Shown: positions 43,034-53,604, counted from the first letter of the stretch. The stretch: DNA of 64,000 nucleotides from Helicobacter sp. (GCA_022511145.1 JAFLSC010000002.1:4208-68207); one strand, 5' to 3'. The notes: generated by a model from the letters alone, not told the origin. Numbers and translations are program-made.

Positions 43034-43558
43034 TTATTCAGGAAGGGAGTAAGCATCAAGGCGGAAAGAAAAAACGAGCATTTCCTCTTCCCTCTCAATA
43101 TGAATAGGAAAGCTAAATTGAGTAATTCCTAATAAAGCCTTTGATAACCCTAAAGCGTTTTTTAGGGTGGCGATGTCTTGGACTTTACCGCTAATAATAT
43201 AACGTTGCTTGATATACTCTCCCTCTCTAAAGGGCATTCCATCAGGCACGACATTAGCAATATTGAAAATAATATTAAGCTTCTCTTGGATTTCTCTTTG
43301 TGTGAGTGTGTGTTTAAAACCGCTTAAAATCACATTATGTTCTTGCTCGTATTTTAACAGCTTTTCTTCCTCTGCTTTTCTTTGGGATTGGATTTGTTCT
43401 AAAACATAAAGTTCCTTGCGATATTTAGCATTATTAATGCGAAATTCATCAAGTGAGGGCATTACCAAACCAATAAAAAATCCCAAAACCAAGAAAAAAT
43501 AAAAGATAAAAAAGAAAGTATTTCTTACCCAATCAATTTGTGTCAAAAAAGCTTTCAT
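43034..43558 (-). CDS. PilO-like bitopic protein
   Basis: N-terminal TM, coiled coil, short C-terminal domain; third gene of an M-N-O-like trio. Confidence 0.45.
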   Translation of the reverse strand: MKAFLTQIDWVRNTFFFIFYFFLVLGFFIGLVMPSLDEFRINNAKYRKELYVLEQIQSQRKAEEEKLLKYEQEHNVILSGFKHTLTQREIQEKLNIIFNIANVVPDGMPFREGEYIKQRYIISGKVQDIATLKNALGLSKALLGITQFSFPIHIEREEEMLVFSFRLDAYSLPE

Positions 43559-44076
43559 TCTTCTTTTCCTTCTTCGGGTTCTAATTTACTTACAGAAACA
43601 AAATTATACCAACCATTAGGGAGCATATAAAAACTTGCACGACTTTGAGTGAAAATTGAACGCAAAGGCACTTCAAGCAAAAAAGTATAAACTTGCTGCG
43701 ATGGAGTAATACCATAAAGGGTAAGTTGGTATCGCTCCATTTCAATTTTATTCAAAGTAATTTGGTCTGGAATCAAATCAAACAGATTCTCTACACTTTG
43801 TTTCAATAAAACATTTTGACTTGCCAAATACTCACCAAAGCGGACAATCTCTTCCTTTTCTACTAAGGTGAGTTGAAAATTTTTAATATCCTCTAGGGCT
43901 TCTTGCTGGGCTGCTATAGATTCTTCAGTACTTTGTTGCATAAAATAACCTTGAATTTTTAATATCCCCACAAATCCACCAAAAATCAAAAGGGTTAGGA
44001 AAATATAGCCCCACCAAATGCGTGAAACTTTCTTTAGAATGGTTTTTTTGCCGGGTGGTATAAAACTATAATTCAT
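43555..44076 (-). CDS. PilN-like bitopic protein
   Basis: YSFIPP..K cytoplasmic motif, TM, coiled coil, L..LIPDQITL..IE...L.LYG PilN pattern. Confidence 0.55.
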   Translation of the reverse strand: MNYSFIPPGKKTILKKVSRIWWGYIFLTLLIFGGFVGILKIQGYFMQQSTEESIAAQQEALEDIKNFQLTLVEKEEIVRFGEYLASQNVLLKQSVENLFDLIPDQITLNKIEMERYQLTLYGITPSQQVYTFLLEVPLRSIFTQSRASFYMLPNGWYNFVSVSKLEPEEGKEE

Positions 44077-45125
44077 TACACTTTCCCTTTGGATTCAAAA
44101 AACTTATAGGATTCAAATCCTAAAATAGCTAATTCTTCAGTAACACTACAAGGCATAACCTTAACTTCAAGCAAAGTAGTCTCTTGAATGTATTGTAGAG
44201 TTTCTTCGGGAATATCGTGTGGGTTAAACAAAACAATCTCATTGATAAATTCACTTTTATAAATTGCATTGCTATAAAATTCATTCAAAGCAGATTGGAT
44301 ATATTTCGTTGCCATATTCACTCGCGAGAAATCATCAAGATTGTCCTTTTTTTCTTGCATATTTTCTTGAGATTCCTCTGTACTATCCTCTTTTAAAGCC
44401 TCAATGAGTTTATCATCATCTTCTTGATTGTCTAAATCCACCTTTTCAATATCAGATAATTCTTTTTGAATATCATCGGTTACGCCCAATTCATCAATAT
44501 CATCAATATCTTCACTTAAAGAATTTTCAGCCAATTTAAGCTTAGAATCAATCTCGCTTTCAAGCACATAATAGCTCCCAAAAAGCACACCTTCATTGAG
44601 TTTAGTTACAATCATTGTAATATTAGAGCGTTGAAAAAGCACATAGAGCTTACAAGAATCCTGAAAAGTTGCTTTAGCGAGATGATACAAGATAACAAAA
44701 GGGGAGATAATAAAATCCACACCTACTCGCAACATTTTTTCCCTTGTTTCTGCAATCCCTACTCTTGAGACATAAGCACTCCATTGGTTATCAAAACCAA
44801 TCCGCACAATATCATCTTTTTTAATACCATATTTCTCAAACTCCGAATCCCTATCAGTATTAATAGCCCCTTGTATCATCGTGTTTGATAAAGTTGTAAT
44901 ATAAGTAAAAGGGTGTCGATTGCGTGTAGCTTTTAGGAATCTTGTTGCTTGAGCAGGTAATTCACCGAGGATTGTCTTAAATTCTTTGGTTTGTGTTTTA
45001 AATACCTTGCCTCTTTTATAATATTTCAATGTTACAGCACAAAGCTTATTGTCAATCTCTACACCTGCAATGACCGTTGCAAAAAAAGGTCGGATTGTTT
45101 TTGCTAGACTCATTAATGCTCCCAA
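44076..45125 (-). CDS. PilM-like cytoplasmic protein with an acidic insertion
   Basis: Soluble 349 aa, heads the N/O-like genes; GVDFIISPF; Asp/Glu-rich segment. Confidence 0.45.
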   Translation of the reverse strand: MGALMSLAKTIRPFFATVIAGVEIDNKLCAVTLKYYKRGKVFKTQTKEFKTILGELPAQATRFLKATRNRHPFTYITTLSNTMIQGAINTDRDSEFEKYGIKKDDIVRIGFDNQWSAYVSRVGIAETREKMLRVGVDFIISPFVILYHLAKATFQDSCKLYVLFQRSNITMIVTKLNEGVLFGSYYVLESEIDSKLKLAENSLSEDIDDIDELGVTDDIQKELSDIEKVDLDNQEDDDKLIEALKEDSTEESQENMQEKKDNLDDFSRVNMATKYIQSALNEFYSNAIYKSEFINEIVLFNPHDIPEETLQYIQETTLLEVKVMPCSVTEELAILGFESYKFFESKGKV

Positions 45126-45195
45126 ACTTATAACTTCTTTAGATATGATAATTTAATTTAGCTTAAAGAATGCAAATTTTCTCAAATTTACCTTC

Positions 45196-45939
45196 TTAAT
45201 GGCAACAATCTGAAATTTCGTGATGATTTCCTTGATGTGTATCTGAACCTTCATAGCCTACAAATCTCACTCCTTTATAAGCCATAACAGCACCAAACAA
45301 AATAATAGCCATTGCAGCAAGATTCATCATTGCTTTTCGCCAATTTGTTTGTGCCATTAACACATTAGAAACAAATGCCACTCCAAGTAAAGCAGGAATT
45401 GTTCCCAAACCAAAAGTTGCCATTACTGCCATACCCATTAAAACACTACCAAAACCCGCTGCACTAAAAAGATAGCTATACACTAACCCGCAAGGTAAAA
45501 GCCCATTTAAAATCCCAAGCAGATATAAGCCCAAAGGATTTTTAAAAGCAAAAAAATATTGAAAGCTCTTTTGATACCAAGAGGATTTTTGCCCTAAGCT
45601 TTGCAATAAAGATTCAAAATATGCCAAAAAACGGATTTTTCCAAAAAGTGAAAATCCTGCTAAAATCATCATTACTCCAGCAAATATAAACAAAACTCCT
45701 CTTAAAGTGGCATTAATGGCAAATATACTCCCCAAAAATCCAACAATCCCGCCTAAGACAACATAAGTGCTAAGACGCCCAAAATTATAAAGCAAGTGAT
45801 AAAATAACCATTTTACCATTGAGTCTTGCTTGATTTTTCCACAATAAGCTAACACAATCCCGCCGCACATTCCAACACAATGCCCAAAACTTGCTACTAA
45901 TGCAATACCAAAGAGTGAGATTAGACTAAAGTTATCCAT
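45196..45939 (-). CDS. DsbD_2 / TauE-SafE-like membrane protein (heavy-metal or cytochrome c biogenesis family)
   Basis: HCVGMCGG, YNFGRL.TY, G.LNGLLPCGLVY, FGLGT.P. Confidence 0.8.
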   Translation of the reverse strand: MDNFSLISLFGIALVASFGHCVGMCGGIVLAYCGKIKQDSMVKWLFYHLLYNFGRLSTYVVLGGIVGFLGSIFAINATLRGVLFIFAGVMMILAGFSLFGKIRFLAYFESLLQSLGQKSSWYQKSFQYFFAFKNPLGLYLLGILNGLLPCGLVYSYLFSAAGFGSVLMGMAVMATFGLGTIPALLGVAFVSNVLMAQTNWRKAMMNLAAMAIILFGAVMAYKGVRFVGYEGSDTHQGNHHEISDCCH

Positions 45940-45940
45940 T

Positions 45941-47344
45941 TCATAATTTCTCCCAAGTTGTGCCATTAGGAGTATCCATAATCTCTATTCCCTTTTGTCT
46001 TAATTGCTCACGAATCTCATCGGCTTTTTGAAAATCCTTGATTTTTTTAGCCTCCAGACGCTCTTGCAATAAATCCTCAATGATTTGTTTATCCTCCAAA
46101 GAAATCCCGAGTTGAAAATACTCTATGGGATTTTTCCCCCCTATACCTAATAATCGTTCAATAATCTTTAAAACCCCTGCAATCAAAGGGATTTTATCTT
46201 TTTGTTTGCTATCAAGCACTTCGTTAGCAAAATTAATAAATTCATCAATCACGCTTAACGCCCTAGAAATATTCAAATCATCGCTTAAAGCCCCTAAAAA
46301 TTCTGCTTTGAAATCCCCACAAAGACTCTCGTTAGCCTTATCTAGCGATAGGATTCTTTTTTTGAGGCGATAGAGTTTATCAAGCCTCTTTTTAGCACTC
46401 AATAAATCCTCTTCGGCAAAATTCAATCCCGCACGATAATGTGTCGCTAATAAATAATAACGCAAAATCTCACCATCATAGCTATTTAAGGCATCTTTAA
46501 TAAAAAAACTATTCCCCAAAGATTTTGCCATTTTTTCGCCATTAATCGTAACAAATCCGTTATGAATCCAATATTTAGCCAAAATTTGATTATCAGCACA
46601 CCGCGTTTGTGAAGCTTCATTTTCGTGATGAGGAAAAAGCAAATCCGCCCCACCGCCGTGAATATCAATCGCATATTCCCCTTTATATGCTAAATGTTTT
46701 TTAATCATTGCCGAGCATTCAATATGCCAGCCCGGACGCCCTTTGCCAAAAGGCGATTCATAGCCTACATCATCGACCCCCTTATAGCTTTTCCATAAAG
46801 CAAAATCTTTTGAGTCCCTTTTTTGTTCGCTATTTTGGATTCGGCTTTGAGTCTCTAGCTCGGCATCTCTCCCGCTTAAACTACCATAATAAGAATCTTT
46901 ACTCACCGATAAGTAAATATCTCCATTTTCGCTTTTGTAGGCTATTTTTTTATCTAAAAGGGTTTGAATCATTGCAAAAATAGCTTCCAAACTCTCGGTA
47001 GCTTTAGGCTCAACATCTGCTCGTTTTACCCCTAAAGCGTCCATTTCCTCAAGATATTTTTGGATATAAGTTTGGGTAATTTCCTCAACTTTTAAACCGC
47101 TTTGGAGAGATTTATTGATAATTTTGTCATCAATATCAGTAAAATTTTTAACAAAAATAACTTTATAACCTAGCTCTTGGAGAACTCTCCGCAATAAATC
47201 AAAAGCAATCGCACTTCGAGCGTGTCCTAAGTGAGCATTATCATAAACCGTGGGACCGCACACATAAATCCGCACCTCATCGGGATTAATTGGCACAAAA
47301 TCAACCTTTTCTTTTTTGATACTATCATAAATTTTTAATGGCAT
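45941..47344 (-). CDS. cysS: Cysteine-tRNA ligase
   Basis: YVCGPTVY, HLGH, GRPGWHIEC, HGGG.DL.FPHHENE, KMAKS. Confidence 0.98.
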   Translation of the reverse strand: MPLKIYDSIKKEKVDFVPINPDEVRIYVCGPTVYDNAHLGHARSAIAFDLLRRVLQELGYKVIFVKNFTDIDDKIINKSLQSGLKVEEITQTYIQKYLEEMDALGVKRADVEPKATESLEAIFAMIQTLLDKKIAYKSENGDIYLSVSKDSYYGSLSGRDAELETQSRIQNSEQKRDSKDFALWKSYKGVDDVGYESPFGKGRPGWHIECSAMIKKHLAYKGEYAIDIHGGGADLLFPHHENEASQTRCADNQILAKYWIHNGFVTINGEKMAKSLGNSFFIKDALNSYDGEILRYYLLATHYRAGLNFAEEDLLSAKKRLDKLYRLKKRILSLDKANESLCGDFKAEFLGALSDDLNISRALSVIDEFINFANEVLDSKQKDKIPLIAGVLKIIERLLGIGGKNPIEYFQLGISLEDKQIIEDLLQERLEAKKIKDFQKADEIREQLRQKGIEIMDTPNGTTWEKL

Positions 47345-47455
47345 AAAAGAAACTCCCTAACCTTTAAACTCTAAAAATGATAATCTTTTAAAAGTATAGC
47401 ACATTTTCTTATTTAAAGCCCCCCTTAATTCTAGTTTTAAATTTGTGATTTAATT

Positions 47456-48604
47456 TTATATCTCTTTTTTGCCCCATACAATTATTAAAGCAGGAATGAC
47501 GATACAAGCCGCACAAATAGGAGTAAAAATCACCCCAAAATATTTTAAAACAATGCCCCCAAGAAAACTTGCCATTGCAATCCCCACATTAAAAGAGGCT
47601 TCATTGACGCTAATAGCGCTATCCTCAAAAACTTTAGCATATTTTTTAGCATTAAGCATTGCAAACATTTTAAGTGGAGCAATCCCGGCAAATCCAACTA
47701 ATCCCATTAAACATAAGCCCAAAATCGCCCCATAAAAATTATAAACCAAAAAAGTAAAACCAAAATAAATCACAATTTGACTGATACTCACAATCCGCAA
47801 AGCCCCTATTGCTCCTTTTCTGTCTGCAAGTTTTCCACCTAGCAAATTTCCTAAAATCCCAAAAAATCCATAACACAATAAAACTAAAGCAATATTTTGT
47901 GGAGAGATTTGTGTGATTTCAACGAGTAATTTAGCAACATAAGTATAAATAGCAATCCCTGCCCCGCACACACAAAGTGTTACGCAATAAGATTGCAAAA
48001 GAGCAGGGATTTTTAAAGCACTTTTGAGGTCTTTAAGTTTGGTTTGTTTGCTCTCTAGTCTTGGCATAAAGCATACACACGCTACTAATGCTCCAAAAGT
48101 GCAGATAAAAATCAAAAGAAAAACAGATTTAAAACCCCAATGATTCCCCATAAAAGTCCCCAAAGGAACGCCACTCACTAAAGCAATCGTTAAGCCACTC
48201 GCCATTAAAGAGAGGGCAAGATTTTCCTTACCTTTTTTTGCAACTTGCACGGCAGTTAAGGTTGCAATCAAGAAAAAAATGCCGTGCTGTGTGCCTGCGA
48301 TAAATCGAGCCAAAGCCGTAAGGTAGAAATTTTCGCTCAAAAAAATCACCAAATTAGCTAAAGCAAAAACCAAAAGATTCACAATAAGCTGAAATCTCCG
48401 ATTATAGCGACTAAGTGGAATACTCACAAGAGGAGCACCTATAACGACACCTAGGGCATAAAGGGTTGTAAGATAACCTGCTAGAGTGGTATCAATCTGA
48501 AAATAATCTTGCACATCAAGCAAAACTCCCGCCATTACAAATTCTGTAACACCCATACAAAAGGAGCTTAAAGCAAGAACAATCAAAACTTTATAAGAAT
48601 CCAA
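47456..48604 (-). CDS. MFS transporter (DHA1/AraJ-like efflux)
   Basis: GVTEFVMAGVL, GVPLGT, LGG.LADR; about 12 TM. Confidence 0.88.
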   Translation of the reverse strand: MDSYKVLIVLALSSFCMGVTEFVMAGVLLDVQDYFQIDTTLAGYLTTLYALGVVIGAPLVSIPLSRYNRRFQLIVNLLVFALANLVIFLSENFYLTALARFIAGTQHGIFFLIATLTAVQVAKKGKENLALSLMASGLTIALVSGVPLGTFMGNHWGFKSVFLLIFICTFGALVACVCFMPRLESKQTKLKDLKSALKIPALLQSYCVTLCVCGAGIAIYTYVAKLLVEITQISPQNIALVLLCYGFFGILGNLLGGKLADRKGAIGALRIVSISQIVIYFGFTFLVYNFYGAILGLCLMGLVGFAGIAPLKMFAMLNAKKYAKVFEDSAISVNEASFNVGIAMASFLGGIVLKYFGVIFTPICAACIVIPALIIVWGKKEI

Positions 48605-48660
48605 AATTACCCTTTAATTTAAAATGATTGCGAGATTGTATCTTTTTTGTTTTAAAGCAA

Positions 48661-49944
48661 TCATAAGGATACGCTATACAAATAAATACCATAGCCATAA
48701 TAAATGAGGTTACAGCCAAAAAGCAAAATAAAAGCCCAACGAAAAAAGAGAGCAAATAAAGTCAAAATATTACAAAATAAAAACAAAAACAAATTAGGTT
48801 GCAAGGTTATGGTTGCATAAGGAATATTAAGCCACGCAAGAAGCAGTGAATCTAAAAATCCCCCAAATCCTATGAGATGAGCAAACACAACCAAAGGATA
48901 ATACAAGCCAAACAAAGGTGTCAAAATCAAAGAATAAAGAGAAAATGGGGAAAAATAGGGGAAAAAATAATACACCACAATCCCCATAGCGAAAAAAACA
49001 AAAACATTCAAAGCTAAAGCATAAAAGACTTTAAAAAGCCTTTTTGCAGGGATTTTAAAATATTTTAAAAATAAAAAAATATACAAAACGCCCAAGCAAG
49101 AAAAATAAAACCCCACAGAAAAAATCAAGCAAGGAAAAAAGGCAAGTAAAATCCCCACACACCAAAAAAACGATTCTAGTCGCAAAATATCTAAGCCCCT
49201 AACCAAAAGAAAAAAAGCGACACCACTCATCACTAAAGCCCTAAGATACGAGGGAGATTGAGTCAGTAAGAAATAATACCCCACTAAGCCCAAAAGCACC
49301 AAAAATCCCAAATCAAAATAACGATTGCGATAAGGAAAATAATTCCTCTGCAAAGGCACATACAAAAGAGCCAAAAGAAAAAAGCTCGCCGCACTTAAAA
49401 TCCCTGTATGATAGCCTGAAATCGCAAAAAGATGGGAGATGCCATAACTTTGGGCGAGTTTTCTCCACTCTAGTGGCAAGGAATCCGACAAAAAAAGAGT
49501 GAAATAATACTCCCCCATTATTGGCATTGTGTGTTGCTTAGCGATAAATTGCCTCAAAGATTCTCTAAAATCCCTCTCTCTTAACAAAACAAGATTAAAA
49601 CTTGGAGCATAAAATCCCTTGAGATATTCCCAAAAATTTACCTTATCAAAGATAATATTAAGCTTGATTTTTCGATTTTGGAGAGGGATTAAATCTTCTT
49701 TGGAGGTTGTGTAAAATACTCCAAAATCACTTTGGAGTTTCAAGACAAAATAAGATTGACTTTCTTTTGTCTTAGTGTATTGGAGCAAAACAGAAGCATT
49801 AACAATGGGGGTTTTTTGAGCTTTTAATTCCAAGAAATGATAATATTCATAAGCAATATTAACAAAAAAACAAATCAGCAAAAATGCAAAGAAAGAAAAT
49901 CTCTCTTTGTTTTCTAAAAAGACAGGAGCTGATAGACTACCCAC
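48661..49944 (-). CDS. comEC: ComEC/Rec2 DNA-uptake channel (short form)
   Basis: GISHLFAISGYH, SYLRALVM, SVGFYFS. Confidence 0.85.
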   Translation of the reverse strand: MGSLSAPVFLENKERFSFFAFLLICFFVNIAYEYYHFLELKAQKTPIVNASVLLQYTKTKESQSYFVLKLQSDFGVFYTTSKEDLIPLQNRKIKLNIIFDKVNFWEYLKGFYAPSFNLVLLRERDFRESLRQFIAKQHTMPIMGEYYFTLFLSDSLPLEWRKLAQSYGISHLFAISGYHTGILSAASFFLLALLYVPLQRNYFPYRNRYFDLGFLVLLGLVGYYFLLTQSPSYLRALVMSGVAFFLLVRGLDILRLESFFWCVGILLAFFPCLIFSVGFYFSCLGVLYIFLFLKYFKIPAKRLFKVFYALALNVFVFFAMGIVVYYFFPYFSPFSLYSLILTPLFGLYYPLVVFAHLIGFGGFLDSLLLAWLNIPYATITLQPNLFLFLFCNILTLFALFFRWAFILLFGCNLIYYGYGIYLYSVSL

Positions 49945-49964
49945 CTCTAGCTTATCTTAGAACA

Positions 49965-50852
49965 TTAAACTTTCCAAATCACAACATCAAGGTGTGAGTT
50001 TTGCAAAACATCTAAAGCAAAAAAGCTTATTTTCCCACTTGTTGGCAAAGCAATCACAGAAGCATTCTTAGAATCTGCTACACTAAGCAAACGTGCATAG
50101 GAGAGGATTCCACTATCAAGAACAATTTGTGCTTTTTCTTGAGTTTGATTTTTATCTTTTTTATCAATTTGCACTTTTTCTTGAGTTTGATTTTTGTCTT
50201 TTTTATTAAAATGATTAAGAAACTCTTGAGAACGTGCTTTTGCCTTTGTTTCTAATTTTGTGTTATATTTGGAGATTTGGTCTTCATTTGCTCCATAATG
50301 CCCTAAACGAAGCTCAAAAGGACGATTAATCATATGATAGAAAATAAAATTAGCACCCACAAAGAATTTTTCAATCGTTTTGACAAACTCAAAAGAAATA
50401 TCAGAAAAATCAGTAGGAGAAAAAATATTAAGATAATCAGGCACACTCTCATTTTTAGCCACAAGTACCGGTATGGGAGAGTTTTTTACAATCTTTTTAG
50501 TTGTAGAACCTAGCAAGACTGCGGTTAAATGCTGACTTTCACCCGCTGCACCAATACATAAGAGGCGGCATTCTCTATCTCTGATATGCGAGTTAAGTTT
50601 TTTGTGTAAAGCACCTACATAGCAAAATTGTTGTATTTCGACTTCCGTGCTAGGGAAGTGTTCATTTAAAAATTTTGATAAAGCCTCTTTTCCTGCTCTC
50701 TTGTCTTTTTTGGGGTCGCGGAAAATAGAATATTCTACAATATGCACCACATCAAGCGTATATTTTAATGTTTTAGCAAGATAGATAGCCTTTGTTAATG
50801 CCATCATACTATTCTGTGAAAAATCTGTTGCAACGGCGATTCTGTTTTTCAT
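49965..50852 (-). CDS. Tandem-domain universal stress protein
   Basis: IAVATDFS, LGSTTKKIV...PVLV, second SPTDFS. Confidence 0.85.
   Translation of the reverse strand: MKNRIAVATDFSQNSMMALTKAIYLAKTLKYTLDVVHIVEYSIFRDPKKDKRAGKEALSKFLNEHFPSTEVEIQQFCYVGALHKKLNSHIRDRECRLLCIGAAGESQHLTAVLLGSTTKKIVKNSPIPVLVAKNESVPDYLNIFSPTDFSDISFEFVKTIEKFFVGANFIFYHMINRPFELRLGHYGANEDQISKYNTKLETKAKARSQEFLNHFNKKDKNQTQEKVQIDKKDKNQTQEKAQIVLDSGILSYARLLSVADSKNASVIALPTSGKISFFALDVLQNSHLDVVIWKV
50123..50206. repeat. 42-bp tandem duplication, in frame, in the usp gene
   Basis: 50123-50164 vs 50165-50206, 39/42 identical; KKDKNQTQEK(V/A)QI x2. Confidence 0.95.
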
Positions 50853-51266
50853 AAATTCCCTTTTTGCTTTTATTCTAATGACAATTATATTGATAATTAA
50901 CTTAAAGGTAATTTAGCCTTTTATTTTTCACTTCTTAAATCAATAATCCTTTTCTTTTAGAAACAAATTGTTTGATTTATGACTTTATCTATTTTAAAAT
51001 CTTAAAAATAGATAAAATCTCTTTTGCTCTAGGCTGCTTGTCATTATTTGTGCCTATTATAGTAATCATTAAGTAAGTCTATGATTTAGTTAAGTTAAAC
51101 TCTGCCCCTCTAAAAGCGAGGTTTAACATCAAGTAAAATCATTACCCCCAAACCCATTAAGATGAAAAAATAAATGTTTTCATTGTTTTCCTTTTTTTAC
51201 TGCTTGTTGTCTTATTATCAAAGATTTTGATAGTGAAATCACTCAAGACTGCTTTAATCTAAATCC

Positions 51267-52310
51267 TTATATAATAAACCCGCCTCCTAAAACCTTATCT
51301 TCCTCATACAAAACCAAAGCTTGTCCTTTAGCCACACCATACACAGGCTCTTTTAAAAAAGCTTTGATGATTTCATTTTTTCCTTTATCCTCTAAAGTAA
51401 CTTTTGCAGGGACTTTATGGCTTTTATAGCGAACTTTAATCTCACAAAGAAGCTCATTAGCTTCTTGAAAATACATTTTAGGCAAAGAAAAATTCATTGC
51501 GTAAATCTCACTTACAGCAAGCTCTTCTTTTGAACCCGCTACAATAGTATTATCTTGCGGATTAATGCTTAAGACATAATGCGGACTCAATGCCCCGGGA
51601 ATTGTAAGTCCTTTGCGTTTTCCAATCGTATAGTGCATATAGCCCCGATGTGTGCCGATTTTCTCACCCTTACAATCCACCACAACACCCGATTTATTAG
51701 GATTGCAATGCTTTTTTAAAATATCCATATAGGTTTTATCCACAAAACAAATCTCTTGAGAATCTTTATAAGTCTCTAAATTTCCAAGCCAAGGAAGCTC
51801 TTTTAGAGCAATAGGCTTAATTTCTTCTTTTTTTTTATCCCCCAAAGGAAAGAGGATTCTAGGAATCCACTCGGGCTTTAATCCAAAAAGAAAATAACTT
51901 TGGTCTTTGTGCTTATCAACACTTTGTGCGATTTTGTTTTCTTTAATCTGGGCATAATGCCCTGTGGCAACAAAATCAAAACCCATTTTATCAGCCAATC
52001 CAAAGGCAACACCAAATTTTACATAGGGATTACACATTGCACAGGGATTAGGAGTTAAACCTTTTTGGTAAGATTCTACAAAATAATCATACACTTTTGT
52101 TTTAAATAGCTCTCTTTCATCAATGATTTCATAAGGAAGATTGAGATGTTTAGCACATTGTTTTATATTATTAATATAATATTGATGTTTTTCTTCTTTA
52201 TCGTGAAGTTTTAAATAAACCATAAGAACACTATAACCTTGCTTTTGTAATAAAAATGCACAATAACTAGAATCAACACCACCGCTAGCAAGCAATAAAA
52301 CTTTTTTCAT
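51267..52310 (-). CDS. mnmA: tRNA 2-thiouridylase
   Basis: SGGVDSS, TPNPCAMCN, ATGHYA, KDQSYFL, SQEICF, TIGKRKG. Confidence 0.97.
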   Translation of the reverse strand: MKKVLLLASGGVDSSYCAFLLQKQGYSVLMVYLKLHDKEEKHQYYINNIKQCAKHLNLPYEIIDERELFKTKVYDYFVESYQKGLTPNPCAMCNPYVKFGVAFGLADKMGFDFVATGHYAQIKENKIAQSVDKHKDQSYFLFGLKPEWIPRILFPLGDKKKEEIKPIALKELPWLGNLETYKDSQEICFVDKTYMDILKKHCNPNKSGVVVDCKGEKIGTHRGYMHYTIGKRKGLTIPGALSPHYVLSINPQDNTIVAGSKEELAVSEIYAMNFSLPKMYFQEANELLCEIKVRYKSHKVPAKVTLEDKGKNEIIKAFLKEPVYGVAKGQALVLYEEDKVLGGGFII

Positions 52311-52720
52311 TATTCTCCTTTTTTAAAAGTAAGCTTTTTTGTTAATAAAAGCTTATTATCGGTGTATTTCGCCCATAAAATCTCTAAGGCAAAAACTTCC
52401 CCTTCTCCTAATTTAGCAAAAGGGAATTTTTGATAGTAAAGTTTCTCTTGAGATACACTAGCCATTTTAAAAAGGGCTTTGATTTGCACTCCTTGCAATA
52501 AACCAATCTTTTTAGCGTCTTGTGCAATAATCACACCTACTTTAGGGCATTTTAAAGCGAGCTGGATATGCTTAGATTCTCTTTGGCTTTTAAAAATTAG
52601 ATTGATACATTCCTCATCAAAGGCATAATAGCAACTCGCACTATAAACCTCATCGTTTTCTATCACGCTTAAAGCTAAAAGCTGATTGCGTGCAATAAAG
52701 CTCTTAATCTTTTCATTCAC
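52310..52720 (-). CDS. Pyridoxamine-5'-phosphate-oxidase-like (YhbP-type) protein
   Basis: YSASCYYAFD, GVQIK, KYTDN; GTG start. Confidence 0.6.
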   Translation of the reverse strand: MNEKIKSFIARNQLLALSVIENDEVYSASCYYAFDEECINLIFKSQRESKHIQLALKCPKVGVIIAQDAKKIGLLQGVQIKALFKMASVSQEKLYYQKFPFAKLGEGEVFALEILWAKYTDNKLLLTKKLTFKKGE

Positions 52721-52755
52721 TAGAATACTTTAAAAACCTTAATTTAACTTGAACT

Positions 52756-53595
52756 TTACATTAATTGTTCAATGCGGTCTTTTTTGGGTGCAATTTCAGT
52801 AATTTGAATACCAAAGTTCCCATCGACAATAACAACTTCGCCTTTAGCAATCACTTTATCATCAACTAAAATCTCCAAAGGGTCATTAGCAAGCTGATTA
52901 AGTTCCACAACGCTCCCAATATCCATTGCAATCACATCTTTAAGCAACATTCGCTTTTGCCCTATTCGCACTTTAACTTGCAAACGCACATCAAGGAGCA
53001 TTTGCATATTTTTCATTTCCCCTTCGTTTAATTCAATATTTTGAGCAGGAGTGCCACCTGATGCTTGTGGTGCAGCAGGTGCTGCCTCTTGAGCAGGTTT
53101 AAAAAGATTTTCAAAATCTTGCCCAAATGCAAAATATAAAGAATCAGAAATAGCACCTACTTTAAAACTGAAAGTATAAAAATTATTATAGCTACCAATC
53201 CCTAAATCTCCATCAGAGAAAAATTGAATACCTTTGAGTGTAAAGCTTAATTTGGGGAGTTCTTTTTGTGCCCCCAAAGAAGTGCTGATTGCCCCAAAAA
53301 TATTAGAAGCAATCTCTTTGGTTGCGTCCAAATCATCATCACTCATTTCCTCTTTACTTTCCCCCTCGCCTCCAAGCATCATATCAGCAAGAGCAGTTGC
53401 CACTTTTGGAGGCATAAAAAATCCCAAAATCTCGCCACTTTCCACTTGCATTTCCATTTTTGCCATTGGTGGCACAATAGAATCTTTAACACCATCTTGT
53501 GCAGGAATATGAGAAACTTCAGGAGCCTGCCCCAAAAGCCCCTCAATCGTTGAAGAAGTTTCTTGTGTGATGAGTTTCAAAAAGCTTTCAATCAT
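52756..53595 (-). CDS. fliY: Flagellar motor switch protein FliY
   Basis: LADMMLGG, EIASNIFG CheC-like half; C-terminal SpoA LLDV..G.VVELNQLAN..GEVVIVDGNFG. Confidence 0.92.
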   Translation of the reverse strand: MIESFLKLITQETSSTIEGLLGQAPEVSHIPAQDGVKDSIVPPMAKMEMQVESGEILGFFMPPKVATALADMMLGGEGESKEEMSDDDLDATKEIASNIFGAISTSLGAQKELPKLSFTLKGIQFFSDGDLGIGSYNNFYTFSFKVGAISDSLYFAFGQDFENLFKPAQEAAPAAPQASGGTPAQNIELNEGEMKNMQMLLDVRLQVKVRIGQKRMLLKDVIAMDIGSVVELNQLANDPLEILVDDKVIAKGEVVIVDGNFGIQITEIAPKKDRIEQLM

Positions 53596-53604
53596 AAACT
53601 ACTC

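Noticed and set aside
50860-51075. Fur-like boxes upstream of usp
   Set aside because: Only loose AT-rich matches (e.g. ttatattgataattaa), not distinguishable from background by eye
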